Assembly: GCA_965223845.1 (NCBI GenBank)
Contig: CBDCXR010000004.1
Location: forward strand, 2,144,001-2,208,000
Direction of reading: 5' to 3'
DNA: 64,000 nt
Source of the DNA: Planctomycetota bacterium
Lineage (GTDB): Bacteria > Planctomycetota > UBA8108 > SXIK01
The notes under the pieces are model-generated. The model worked only from the letters and a program-made list of their open reading frames with translations, searched no databases and was not told the origin of the DNA. The position numbers were made by a program, and so were the translations under genes. Positions 28,475 through 38,069 of the stretch are shown here, one piece after another. Within the stretch, counting starts at the first letter, position 1, and each line of letters starts with the position of its first letter.

Positions 28475-29363
28475 GCCCAGGGGTTTCGGTCGACTCGGCT
28501 TCGGCGCCCACGGCAGCGGCCCCTTCGGCCGCCGCCTCGTCTGTCCCTGCTGCCGGAGTCGGCGCTTCGCGAGGTGCGTCGGCTTCGGGACGTGCGTAGC
28601 GCATTCCGCCGAGGATCGATTCGAAGCGCGGTACGGCGGCGGCGAAGCGCGACGCGCTCGATCGGAACGAGAACATCGGCCGCGCGAAGCCGAAGTCGAG
28701 GAAGAGGCGCCGCTCGCGAAACCGCGTCCCGTTCGCATCGAACCGAAAGTCGATCTCCCACGTCTTCACGGCACCCCAGAGATTGCCGAAGCGCTCGCGA
28801 TCGACCCCGAAGTTCTCGCGCTCATCCGCGTACTCGCGGCGAAGACGCGATGGCAGCCCCCAGAACGCGGACGCGGTCTCGAGCGGGCGCACGGCGAACT
28901 CGGCCGCATCGCCGTCGACAGCGAAACGCAGCTCGCCGGCGGCGGTCGGCTTCTCGGCGGTCCAGCTCCGCGGAATCTCGAGCCGGAGGACTCCGCGGCG
29001 CTCGGCGTCGCCTTGAAGTGGCACGACGAGAGGTCGAGTCTCCGGCGCGCCGCTGCTTTTCGACTCCGAAGCTTCCGCGTCTTCCGCAGAGCTCTCCCCG
29101 TCGGGCGCCGTCGCGCTCGGAGGTTCTGCGCTGGTCTCCGCGCGCTTGGCGTCGTGGAGCCGCGCAATCCGCCGCTTCGAGAACCTCATCTCGCCGCCCG
29201 TCACGGCGATGACCACCGTGCGCTCCGTCTCCTCGATGAGCCGCCCGGCGATGCGGTATCCGTTCTTGAGTTCGACGACGATCTCCCGCCGCGCCGGCGC
29301 GATGCTCTCGGCGGATTCCGTACCCGGGTTCGTCAATAGAAGGACGGCGAAGAGAACGCTCAT
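28353..29363 (-). CDS. Hypothetical exported protein
   Basis: Signal-like N-terminus and ELKNG..I.G.LIEE motif common in planctomycete exported proteins; low-complexity tail overlaps the lpxD 3' end. Confidence 0.6.
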   Translation of the reverse strand: MSVLFAVLLLTNPGTESAESIAPARREIVVELKNGYRIAGRLIEETERTVVIAVTGGEMRFSKRRIARLHDAKRAETSAEPPSATAPDGESSAEDAEASESKSSGAPETRPLVVPLQGDAERRGVLRLEIPRSWTAEKPTAAGELRFAVDGDAAEFAVRPLETASAFWGLPSRLRREYADERENFGVDRERFGNLWGAVKTWEIDFRFDANGTRFRERRLFLDFGFARPMFSFRSSASRFAAAVPRFESILGGMRYARPEADAPREAPTPAAGTDEAAAEGAAAVGAEAESTETPGLTREKRRRFPPREEETTPPVGVRTPQPEREDPASAPEASP

Positions 29364-29477
29364 GCGGCACCTCAACTCGCGAGTGGACGGGCGCCGAACG
29401 GGCGCACCTTCTCGGACATCGGTCCGCCGCTCGTTGCGCCTTGCGCTATCGCCGTTCCCGGAACGTCTCCCGCGGGC

Positions 29478-30563
29478 TCACTTGCGCTTCGGGGGCTCCG
29501 CGAAGAAGCCGAAGAAGGGGAGCGTCACGCGAGGCTTTTCCGGATGGTCCGTCGTGACGATCACGTCCCCCGAAAACGAGCCGCGCTGCCCCGGCGACTC
29601 GAGACGCGCCGTGAGGATGTGCACGCGCCCCTCGCGTCTCTCCACCGCACTGACTTTCACGCGGAACTTCGCCCCCGCGGGCTTTCGGATCCGGACCTTG
29701 GTGTCGAGGATCTTGAACGGTCGATCGGCGACCGACTCGAGCCTCGCCGTCTCCATCCACGTCTTCGGATCAGTGCGAACGACCCGACTGAAGTTGAATT
29801 GCTTTGGGCGGAGCACGATCCCTTTGAACACATCTCCGGCCACGGGAACGACGAAGGGCCTGCCGTCGAGCTCACCCTCCAGCTCACCCCAGATGCGCCC
29901 TTCGGGGTGACCGGGGAGAACGGTGACCGAGACCGCGTACCCGCCCTCGATCTCGGCGACCTCGGCCTTGAACCATTTGGCGCCTCTCGGCGGGCGCTTA
30001 CCGAGGACCTTGACGCCTCGGATGGTGAGCTTACCGCCTTCGGAGCGCTTCTCGCGGCTCTTCACCTCGAGGCGGGCCGTCGCGGGCGGACCACCGACGC
30101 TTCCCACGAGGCGGATCTCGCGCGGCTCGACCGCGTGATCGGGGAAGACCCGCAAGACGACGCCGCAATTCAACGTACCGCGCTGACCGTCCGCCCGCTC
30201 GACGTCGACTTGGATCCGCTTCCGCAGCGTTGCGCCGACGGAGCGCCCGCTTTCCATCGTGACGTCGATCCGACTCGAGCCCCCGGGAGGAATCGGGGCA
30301 GGAAATCGGTTCGGCCGGACCGAGAGGCAACTGCACGACGGACGGACGCCGGTGATCCGGATCGCCATCTGGTCGTCGTTCTTGACTTCGAACGACGTCT
30401 TCACGCGCTCGCGATGGCCCCTCTCGCCGAGATCGAGAAGCGAGGGGACAACACGCACCTGCGCCTGGAGGACAACGCTGAGTCCCATCACTCCGCCTAG
30501 GGCCGCCACCCACATCCCTGCGTGCACGCCGTCGCTTTGAAGCCTTAGTGTTCGTCGCCGCAT
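29478..30563 (-). CDS. DUF1573 Ig-like domain protein
   Basis: LDLG...FEVKN...IRITGVRPSCSC...IPPGGSS motif followed by repeated Ig-like domains; start uncertain. Confidence 0.8.
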   Translation of the reverse strand: MRRRTLRLQSDGVHAGMWVAALGGVMGLSVVLQAQVRVVPSLLDLGERGHRERVKTSFEVKNDDQMAIRITGVRPSCSCLSVRPNRFPAPIPPGGSSRIDVTMESGRSVGATLRKRIQVDVERADGQRGTLNCGVVLRVFPDHAVEPREIRLVGSVGGPPATARLEVKSREKRSEGGKLTIRGVKVLGKRPPRGAKWFKAEVAEIEGGYAVSVTVLPGHPEGRIWGELEGELDGRPFVVPVAGDVFKGIVLRPKQFNFSRVVRTDPKTWMETARLESVADRPFKILDTKVRIRKPAGAKFRVKVSAVERREGRVHILTARLESPGQRGSFSGDVIVTTDHPEKPRVTLPFFGFFAEPPKRK

Positions 30564-30774
30564 ATTGGACCGTTTCCGTGGTTTCTCGAGACGATCGCGC
30601 CGATCCGCCGCCGGAACATTCACCGCCGAGGATTCCGGACGAAGGCTCGGTCGAAGAGTCATGATAGTCTACACCCATCGCGAGTCGTGCGGCGAGCGGA
30701 CCGCGAGGCCGAAGACGGGTTTGCCCACCGGCGCCGAACGTCGCTCCGCACCGAGATCTCTCCGCCCCAGTGTT

Positions 30775-31998
30775 ATGGACCTGATGTCTCCCGCCGATCG
30801 ATGCGTCATCGCGTTCGTCGCGCTCTGCGGAGTCGGCGCGTTCGCTGCGGAGCTGAGCGGCGCTTCCGCGGAAGACCGGCTCGCGCCGGCGAGAGCGGCG
30901 CTCGCACGCGGCGATTGGCCGAAAGCCGTGGAGCTCCTCCGACCCGTGATCGCAGAGGGAGGAGCTCCCGCCGATCGTGCCGCGGCGTTCGCCCTCTGGG
31001 GCGAGATCGAGCTCCTCGGTGGGGATCCCGAGGCCGCGATCGCGACGTGGGAAAAGGCCCACGCCCTCGCGCCGTCGGCGGGCCTCGCGGAGAGTCTCGC
31101 CGACGCTGCGCTGTCGGTCGGTGACCCGAAGGCGGCGCTTCGTTGGCTCGAGGCGGCGAAGGTGCAAACCGACGGAGGTACGATCCTCCGCGCGATCGCC
31201 CGTCTCGCGCTCGGTGAGCGAGACCGTGCCGAGCGCGAGCTCACCGCCGTCACCGGCCCGGCCGCGGGAATGGCCGCCCACTATCTCGGTGTCATCGCGT
31301 TCGAGCGCGGCGAATCCGAGACCGCCCTCGTCCACTTCGATCGGGCCGCGACCGGCGGTCCCGACGACTACTACGCCGTGATCTACCGCGCGCGCGCCCT
31401 CCTCGATCTCCACCGGATTGCGGCAGCCGAGCGCGAGCTCACGCGAATCGAAAGCGTCCGCGCCAGCGCTGAGGTTGCCTACTTGCGCGGACTCTCCGCG
31501 TTGCGCGCTCGACGTCCCGGCGAGGCCGTGCGGCACTTTCGCGCCGCGCTCGAGCGTCGCGAAAACTACCCGGAGGCGCTCTACGGCCTGGCGACGGCGC
31601 TCAAGAAGGCGGGGGAAACCGCGTCCGCTCGCTCGGCGTTCGAGCGATTCCGCGCCGCGCGGACAAAGGAGTCGAAACTCCGAGGCCGGGTCGAGATGCT
31701 CGAGCAGAAAGTCACGCGGACGCCGAAGGAGCTCGCCCCGCGCCTCGAGCTCCTTCAGCTCACGCGCGAGCTCGGCGATCTTGAATCAGCCGAGCGCCAT
31801 GCTTGGACCGCCGTCCGGCTCGCGCCGGATTCGCCTGCCACGCGCCTTGCGCTCGCACGGACGCTCGTCCTCGTCGGCCGCTTCCAGCGCGCTTCGGTAC
31901 AGTACCAGCGGATCCTCACCGCGCAGCCATCCCACCGAGCGGCTCGCGAGGAGCTCGATCGACTCGTGCGCGAGCACGCCCGCGGGGCGACGCCGTGA
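30775..31998 (+). CDS. Exported TPR protein
   Basis: Multiple TPRs (AHYLG, AYLRG, YPEALYGLA); coupled to the next gene via GTGA. Confidence 0.85.
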   Translation: MDLMSPADRCVIAFVALCGVGAFAAELSGASAEDRLAPARAALARGDWPKAVELLRPVIAEGGAPADRAAAFALWGEIELLGGDPEAAIATWEKAHALAPSAGLAESLADAALSVGDPKAALRWLEAAKVQTDGGTILRAIARLALGERDRAERELTAVTGPAAGMAAHYLGVIAFERGESETALVHFDRAATGGPDDYYAVIYRARALLDLHRIAAAERELTRIESVRASAEVAYLRGLSALRARRPGEAVRHFRAALERRENYPEALYGLATALKKAGETASARSAFERFRAARTKESKLRGRVEMLEQKVTRTPKELAPRLELLQLTRELGDLESAERHAWTAVRLAPDSPATRLALARTLVLVGRFQRASVQYQRILTAQPSHRAAREELDRLVREHARGATP

Positions 31999-33731
31999 GG
32001 GTCGGCGCGTGCTTGGTGCTCGCTGCGATCGCGGCGGGCACCGGTTCGGCGTGCCGTCCTTCGGCGACGCCAACCGAAACGCCCGCGCCGATCGCGCGGT
32101 CGGAGGCGACTCCCGCGGCGGCGCCGACCGGCGAAGCCGATCGCGTTCGGCTCGTCGACGTCGCCGCAGCGCGGGGGCTCACGCGTCCGTCCGCGGCGGG
32201 TAGCGACGAAAAGTTCGCGATCCTCGAGAACATAGGCTCGGGCTGCGCCCTTTTCGACGCGAACGGCGACGGGAGGCTCGACGTTTACCTTGGAAATGGT
32301 GGACGCCTCGAGCAAGCGAAGGAGCAGCGCGGCGACGGCGGCTCCCTGTGGCTCCAAGAGTCGTCCGGGAGCTTCCGCGATGTCACCTCGTCCGCCGGGC
32401 TCGAGTTCGACGGCTGGGTCACCGGCCTCGCGGTTGGCGATGTCGAAGGCGATGGCGACGAGGATCTCTTCGTCGCGTGCTACGGACGGAATCGGCTCTA
32501 CATCAACGACGGCGAAGGCACGTTCACCGAACGCGGCGCGGAATTCGGACTCGCCGGTACGGAGCTGAGCGCGAGTGCGGTCTTTCTCGATTTCGACCGC
32601 GATGGCTGGCTCGACCTCTACGTCGCGAACTACGTCGAGATCGATTGGAGCGCGCTCCCGAACGACGGCCATCCTTGCCTCACCTCCGGCGTCTCGACGT
32701 CCTGCGGACCGAGTTTCTACTCGCCCGAGGCGGACCGGCTCTACCGCGGGCGCGGCGGCGCTCGGTTCGAGGACGTGTCCGACCGCGCCGGGATCGCGTC
32801 TTCCGCCGGCGCGTACGGTCTCGGCGTCGCGGCCGGTGACCTCGATCGCGACGGGTGGACGGACATCTACGTCGCGAACGACAGCACGCCAAACGTGCTC
32901 TGGCGCAATCGCGGCGACGGCACCTTCGAAGATTCGGCGCTCTGGAGCGGAGTGGCCCTGAGCGAGCACGGTCAGGGTCAAGCTGGAATGGGCGTCGATC
33001 TCGCCGATGCCAACGGCGATGGCATCCTCGACATCGCGGTGACGAACTACGCCGAGGAGTACTACTCGGTTTACGCGAGCATCGGCGCCGGTGACTTCGA
33101 GGACGTCTCCCACCGCTGGGGAATCGCCTCGGCGACGCGGCCGCTTCTCGGCTGGGGCGTGAAATGGCTCGACGTCGAGAACGACGGCGACCTCGACCTA
33201 TTCACGGCGAACGGACATGTCTACCCGCAGGCGGATCGTCTCCCGGACGGCTCCCCTTACGCGCAGCGCTGCGTGCTCTTGCGTCGGACCGGAGACGCGA
33301 ATTCGTACAAGGAAGTGGCGGACGTTCCCGCCGGCACGCGCTCACATCGCGCCGCAGCGGTGGGGGACATCGACCGCGACGGCGACCTCGACCTTGTCGT
33401 CACCGCTCTCGACGCACCGCCGCGGCTATTCGAGAATCGATCGACGCCGCGCGGAACTTGGGTGCGCCTGCGACTCGTGGGTTCCGGGCCCAACCGAGAC
33501 GCGATCGGTGCGCGCGTCACTCTCCGTGCCGGCGGATCCTCTCAGCTGCGCGAAGTGAGCCGCGGCGGAAGCTATCTCGCATCGAGCGAAGTGACGCTCC
33601 ACTTCGGGCTCCGCGACCACGCGAGCCCGGTCACGGCTGAAATCGCCTGGCCATCGGGACGGACGGAGACGATCTCGGTCGCGGTGAATCGCGAGCACCG
33701 CGTCGTCGAACGCGCAGCGGGCGAGGATTAA
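31995..33731 (+). CDS. CRTAC1 family protein (FG-GAP repeats plus ASPIC/UnbV)
   Basis: DFDRDGWLDLYVAN-type repeats; NRDAIGARV, GGSYLAS, LHFGL, WPSG. Confidence 0.93.
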   Translation: MRVGACLVLAAIAAGTGSACRPSATPTETPAPIARSEATPAAAPTGEADRVRLVDVAAARGLTRPSAAGSDEKFAILENIGSGCALFDANGDGRLDVYLGNGGRLEQAKEQRGDGGSLWLQESSGSFRDVTSSAGLEFDGWVTGLAVGDVEGDGDEDLFVACYGRNRLYINDGEGTFTERGAEFGLAGTELSASAVFLDFDRDGWLDLYVANYVEIDWSALPNDGHPCLTSGVSTSCGPSFYSPEADRLYRGRGGARFEDVSDRAGIASSAGAYGLGVAAGDLDRDGWTDIYVANDSTPNVLWRNRGDGTFEDSALWSGVALSEHGQGQAGMGVDLADANGDGILDIAVTNYAEEYYSVYASIGAGDFEDVSHRWGIASATRPLLGWGVKWLDVENDGDLDLFTANGHVYPQADRLPDGSPYAQRCVLLRRTGDANSYKEVADVPAGTRSHRAAAVGDIDRDGDLDLVVTALDAPPRLFENRSTPRGTWVRLRLVGSGPNRDAIGARVTLRAGGSSQLREVSRGGSYLASSEVTLHFGLRDHASPVTAEIAWPSGRTETISVAVNREHRVVERAAGED

Positions 33732-33774
33732 GCCGACTCGCGCGCGCGGTTCCCAACCGAAGCCCGCCGGCAGT

Positions 33775-34680
33775 CTACCCGTCCTCGGCGGACTCGATTC
33801 CCGCCTCCGAGAGCGCTCTGAGAACAGCGTTTCGACCGTCGCCTTCGAGCGGAAGTAGAGGTGGACGCGGCGCCCCTACCCGGTAGCCGAGGTGCTCGAG
33901 CGCGCACTTCAGTCCGGCGACACCGAACCGCGCCGTGACGGCGGCGTTCACATCGAGAAGGGCGGTCTGTTCAGCGCGCGACTCGTCGAATCGCCCCGCT
34001 CGAGTGCCCTCGAAGATGCGGACGCAACGCCTCGGCGCGACATTCGCGAGCGCGAGGATCCCTCCGTGAGCACCGAGGCACGTCGAGGCGAAGAGGTGGC
34101 TCCCGAGTCCTGCGTACACCCGAAAGCCGGGCGAAGTATCGCGGAGGATCGTCGCGAGGAACGCGGGGTTTCCCGAGGTGTCCTTGATCCCGGCGATGTT
34201 CGGATGCTCCGAGAGGCGAGCGACGAGCGACGGCGAGAACTCGACCGGTGCGAACTTCGGCACGTAGTAGAGCACGACCGGGATGGGCACGGCATCGGCG
34301 ATCGCACGGTAGTGCGTCTCGAGAACCGTTTCGTTCATCGCCGAGCGGTAGTAGGCCGGCGGAACGATGAGCGCCGCCTTCACTCCTGCGTTCGCGGCGG
34401 CGCGCGTCAACTCGATGGTGTGACGCGTCGATGGCCGGCCGGTCCCGGCGATGAGAAACTTGTCCGTCGTCGCCTTGGCCAAGCGAAAGCACTCGACGGA
34501 CTCCTCGTCCGAAAGATGCACACTCTCGCCGTTGGAGCCGCAGACGACGTATCCCGCGAGATCGGTCGCGTCCCACTGGCGAAGATTGTGCGCGAAACCT
34601 TCGCGATCGAGACCGCCATCGGCGTCGAACGCTGTCGGTATCGGAGGTAGGACGCCGGCAGGGAGTACGCTCTCGCTCAC
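33775..34680 (-). CDS. DHDPS/DapA family class I aldolase (HOGA-like, GSNGE)
   Basis: GSNGE, IAGTG, VLYYVP, GIKDTSG Schiff-base Lys, PRPPLLPL. Confidence 0.88.
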   Translation of the reverse strand: MSESVLPAGVLPPIPTAFDADGGLDREGFAHNLRQWDATDLAGYVVCGSNGESVHLSDEESVECFRLAKATTDKFLIAGTGRPSTRHTIELTRAAANAGVKAALIVPPAYYRSAMNETVLETHYRAIADAVPIPVVLYYVPKFAPVEFSPSLVARLSEHPNIAGIKDTSGNPAFLATILRDTSPGFRVYAGLGSHLFASTCLGAHGGILALANVAPRRCVRIFEGTRAGRFDESRAEQTALLDVNAAVTARFGVAGLKCALEHLGYRVGAPRPPLLPLEGDGRNAVLRALSEAGIESAEDG

Positions 34681-35891
34681 AAGTCGATCTTCGCCACCGC
34701 GAAGTCGTCTAAGGATCCTATTTCGGGGAGCCCCCCCGTCAGCGGCAAGGCGTAGTCGATGAATGCACGCGAAATGTCGTTTCCGGAGGAAGAGAGGAAC
34801 TCGGGCGCGAGCGAGCGCGTTCTGCGGGCGACGCTCGAAAGCTCGGTGAGGAAGTACTCTACGTCGTACGCGCCGCCGGCGAGTCGCCGCATCGCGACGG
34901 ACGTGCTCGACACCTCGCCGCTCAGAACGGCCTTCACCGCCTCAGCGCCGACCGCTCGCGCTTCGCGCGCGTCGACGTCGGAGATGCTTCCCGGAAACGA
35001 GCGCTGGAGATACCCGAAAGTATCGGCGCGCACGCGCTCCACTCCGAGGCGACGTCGAATGGTGCCCGCGAGTTTGTCGCCGAGCGCGCCGGACCCCGAG
35101 AGCTGAGGGTTACCGTGAGAGTCGAGGTCGCCGGTCGAGCCGATCGGATTCCCGGCTTCGTCCTCGATCCCCTCCGAAACCGCGATGACGCACCGTCCGT
35201 ACTTCTGCAGGCAAGCCTCGACATCACCGCAGAAGCGGTCGAGGCTGAACTTCACCTCGGGCACGTAGATCAGGTGCGGCCCGTCGTCCTCGCGCTGCCG
35301 ACCGAGCGCGGCCGCCGCGGTGAGGAAGCCGGCGCTCCGGCCCATGATCACGTTGATCTTGACTCCGGCTAGCGCGCGATTGTCGAGGTTGTCCCCCATC
35401 AGCGCGAGCGCGACGAACCGCGCGGCCGAGCCGAAACCGGGACAGTGATCCGTGACGAGGAGATCATTGTCGATTGTCTTCGGAATGTGCGCGACGCGAA
35501 AGTCGTAGCCGCTCTCCTGCGCGAGCTCGTCGATGATGTTCGCGGTCTCGGCGCTGTCGTTGCCCCCGATATAGAAAAAGTACCGGACGTCGTGCGCGCG
35601 CAGAATCTTGAACAGACGCTCGCAATGATCCCGATCGGGCTTCATGCGGACCGAGCCGAGGCCGGCCGACGGGGTGCGGGCGAGAACCTCGAGACGCTCG
35701 CGGGACTGGCTCCCCAGATCGACGAAGTTCTGCTCCAGGATGCCATGGATCCCGTGTCGCGCCCCGTAGATCGCGGTGATCGCGTCGTGTTTCGCGGCCT
35801 CCTCGATCGCGCCGACCAGACTTTGATTGATCACCGCGGTCGGACCGCCCGATTGACCGATGACCGCCTTTCCTCGCGGGATACTCGTCAT
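34677..35891 (-). CDS. pfp: Phosphofructokinase, probably PPi-dependent
   Basis: QSGGPTAVIN, GGNDS (Asp at the specificity site), PKTIDND, MGR. Confidence 0.9.
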   Translation of the reverse strand: MTSIPRGKAVIGQSGGPTAVINQSLVGAIEEAAKHDAITAIYGARHGIHGILEQNFVDLGSQSRERLEVLARTPSAGLGSVRMKPDRDHCERLFKILRAHDVRYFFYIGGNDSAETANIIDELAQESGYDFRVAHIPKTIDNDLLVTDHCPGFGSAARFVALALMGDNLDNRALAGVKINVIMGRSAGFLTAAAALGRQREDDGPHLIYVPEVKFSLDRFCGDVEACLQKYGRCVIAVSEGIEDEAGNPIGSTGDLDSHGNPQLSGSGALGDKLAGTIRRRLGVERVRADTFGYLQRSFPGSISDVDAREARAVGAEAVKAVLSGEVSSTSVAMRRLAGGAYDVEYFLTELSSVARRTRSLAPEFLSSSGNDISRAFIDYALPLTGGLPEIGSLDDFAVAKIDL

Positions 35892-36386
35892 GAAACTACC
35901 AGATCCTTTTCGCCGTCCGCGCGCACGAACTCGATCGAGAATGGAGCGTCGTCAGTGAATGAACGTCGTTAGTGAACCAGGCGCCGACGCTCGGCGTCGG
36001 CCGAGCGCTGCGAACCCACGCTCGCCCGCGACTCGTGGCGGACGCAGCATCCGCCCGCGCCGCGATCGCCGCGTGTCCCACCTCAATCTGCCCGGTTCGG
36101 CGCGCCTCCGTGCGGGCGACGGCGACCAGCCAACTCGGCGGGGCCCTCGACCGCCCGACCGAAGAGTACCGCGGGAAACGAGACCGCCGGCCCGCATCGC
36201 ACCCGCACCCGTAGAGCGGCGCTCCTGAGCTAAGTCGCGGCGTGATGCGTTGATCCGGATGGAGCCGAGTCGAGACGTTGTACTCGATCCGGCCGCCGAG
36301 ACGAAAGCGAATTCCTCCGCGGCAGAGCGCGAACAAGCACCTCCCAATCGTACACAACCCCTTATCTCACAAACGCTTATTCAGAG

Positions 36387-36415
36387 TTGCAAACCGCCTA
36401 GCCCGACTCTATACT
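36387..36415 (+). promoter_or_regulatory. sigma70-type promoter for the DksA-like gene
   Basis: TTGCAA-17 bp-TATACT. Confidence 0.7.
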
Positions 36416-36590
36416 TTCGCACCCTTCGCTCCGGGGGCGACGACGCATCCGCCCACGCGAAGGGAGCAAACGAGTGTGGGGCTCCCGAGTTGAGCGCCCA
36501 TGACGCTCGATCGAGAGTCGAGATGAGTGACCGAGACCTGACGCGGCGCCGGCGCCGCGGGTGCTGGCTCTGGCAATCGGGACCTTAGCG

Positions 36591-37427
36591 ATGGCGAAGA
36601 AGACGACGAAGAAGAAATCGGCGGCCGCCGCTAAGTCGAAGAAGAGCCCGGCGAAGAAGAGCCCGGCGAAGAAGAAAAGCCCCGCGAAAAAGAAGACCCC
36701 GGCGAAGAAGAAGGCGGCTGCGAAAAAGACGAGCGCGAAAGCCGGCGCGGGGAAGAAGAAAGCCGCCCCGAAGAAGAAGACCCCCGCGAAAAAGAAAGCC
36801 ACCGCCAAGAAGGCACCGGCGAAGAAGACCGCCAAAAAGAAAACCGCCGCAAAGAAGACGGTGGCGAAGAAAGCCGCCGCAAAAAAGGCGAGTACGAAGA
36901 AGGCCCCGCGGTCCGCCGCCTCCAGTACGGCGAAGAAGAAATCGTCCGCGAAATCCCCGGCGCGGGCCGCGGCCTCGGCCGCTACGCTTCGCGGATTCGA
37001 CGACGCCGCCGAGAAGCCGATCAAGCCTCGGAAAACACCCAAAAATATGCGGTCGGGACTCGGACGGATTCGAAAGGCCCTGATCGCAAAGCGTGAAGTC
37101 CTCAAGCAGCAGCTTCAGTCCGAGCTGAGCGAGCTCGAGCGTCCGGAGAAAAGGCATCGAGCCGATCTCGAGGAGATCGCGAGCGATACGCACGACACCG
37201 ATTCGCTCTGCCACATCATGGACATCAACTCGAGCCAGCTCGATCAGATCGACGCGGCGATCGCGAAGATCGACGCCGGGACGTACGGAATCTGCGAAGA
37301 TTGCAACGAAGAGATTCCGCTCCCTCGACTCGAAGCGCTCCCCTTTGCCACCCAGTGCATCGAGTGCAAGAAGAAGGCCGAGGTCGAGGCGCAGTTTTCG
37401 TCGTTCTACGGCGGTTACGAACGCTGA
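36591..37427 (+). CDS. dksA: DksA/TraR C4 zinc-finger protein with about 120-aa histone H1-like Lys/Ala/Pro N-terminus
   Basis: PAKKK repeats; coiled-coil tip DLEEIA; GTYGICEDC..EIPLPRLEALPFATQCIECK. Confidence 0.88.
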   Translation: MAKKTTKKKSAAAAKSKKSPAKKSPAKKKSPAKKKTPAKKKAAAKKTSAKAGAGKKKAAPKKKTPAKKKATAKKAPAKKTAKKKTAAKKTVAKKAAAKKASTKKAPRSAASSTAKKKSSAKSPARAAASAATLRGFDDAAEKPIKPRKTPKNMRSGLGRIRKALIAKREVLKQQLQSELSELERPEKRHRADLEEIASDTHDTDSLCHIMDINSSQLDQIDAAIAKIDAGTYGICEDCNEEIPLPRLEALPFATQCIECKKKAEVEAQFSSFYGGYER

Positions 37428-37553
37428 CGTTCGCGTCCGTGCGTAGACGTTGGACTCGGCCGAGCGGAGCGCGACGGACTCGACGCTGACTCCCGGCAGC
37501 TCGGCTAAGAAACAGCCACTCCGACCGGGACGCGGCCAAGAACTGGCCGGAAT

Positions 37554-37584
37554 CGGTAACTCCCTTTGCATGAAAGAGTTACCG
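37554..37584. promoter_or_regulatory. Inverted repeat (9-bp arms, 13-nt spacer), candidate protein-binding site upstream of the sigma54 promoter
   Basis: cggtaactc-N13-gagttaccg. Confidence 0.5.
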
Positions 37585-37737
37585 GAATGAGGCGGTTCGA
37601 GCTGACGCTGGAAGAGCGCAGTTTTTGGCCGTCCGGTCCATCAGGGCCAGTGCTCGGCCTGCGGAGCGAGCCATCGAATCAAGGGCAACCCTCGACTAGG
37701 TAAGCACTTAGACAAATATCGATCCGATCTGGATTCG

Positions 37738-37753
37738 AGGCCCATGGGTTGCT
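37738..37753 (+). promoter_or_regulatory. Candidate sigma54 (-24/-12) promoter
   Basis: AGGCCCATGGGTTGCT: GG-N10-GC with TTGC; AT-rich IHF-like tract at about 37701. Confidence 0.55.
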
Positions 37754-37763
37754 TAGTAGTGCA

Positions 37764-37951
37764 CCCGAGAGAGGGTAGGGATGCAGCCGTGGGATGATTT
37801 CGAGGAGTGAAGGGCTCCTCGGGTCGCGGGTATGGTTGGAGGGCGGGGAATGAGGGAAGTCGGAGGGCCGAGGGCACCCACGATTCTCTTGAGACTTGCT
37901 TCATTTCTTACGGAAGGGCGCCAGAGAAGACGGTCTGGCGTCCTTTTTTTT
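37764..37951 (+). ncRNA. Candidate GGA-rich small RNA (about 190 nt)
   Basis: Bounded by the sigma54-like promoter and an intrinsic terminator; 8 GGA motifs; no credible ORF. Confidence 0.45.
37914..37951 (+). terminator. Rho-independent terminator
   Basis: aagggcgccaga-N8-tctggcgtcctt followed by a T run. Confidence 0.85.
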
Positions 37952-38034
37952 GTTCGCGAACACGGGCCGGGACACGGTGGTGACCGGTCATGGGATGTGC
38001 GGGACTTGGTCGCGGCCCGAACGGGATTTTTTTT

Positions 38035-38063
38035 TTGCGCGCGACACGGTCGGGATCTACCAT
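38035..38063 (+). promoter_or_regulatory. sigma70-type promoter with upstream T-tract
   Basis: TTGCGC-17 bp-TACCAT, preceded by a poly-T run. Confidence 0.65.
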
Positions 38064-38069
38064 GACCTT

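Noticed and set aside
35896-36357. 153-aa minus-strand ORF and other ORFs in the pfp-dksA gap
   Set aside because: Arg/Ala/Ser-rich composition without motifs; more likely divergent promoter DNA.
36591-36960. Non-coding tandem repeat or mobile element
   Set aside because: The repeats are in-frame AKK codons of the DksA N-terminus.
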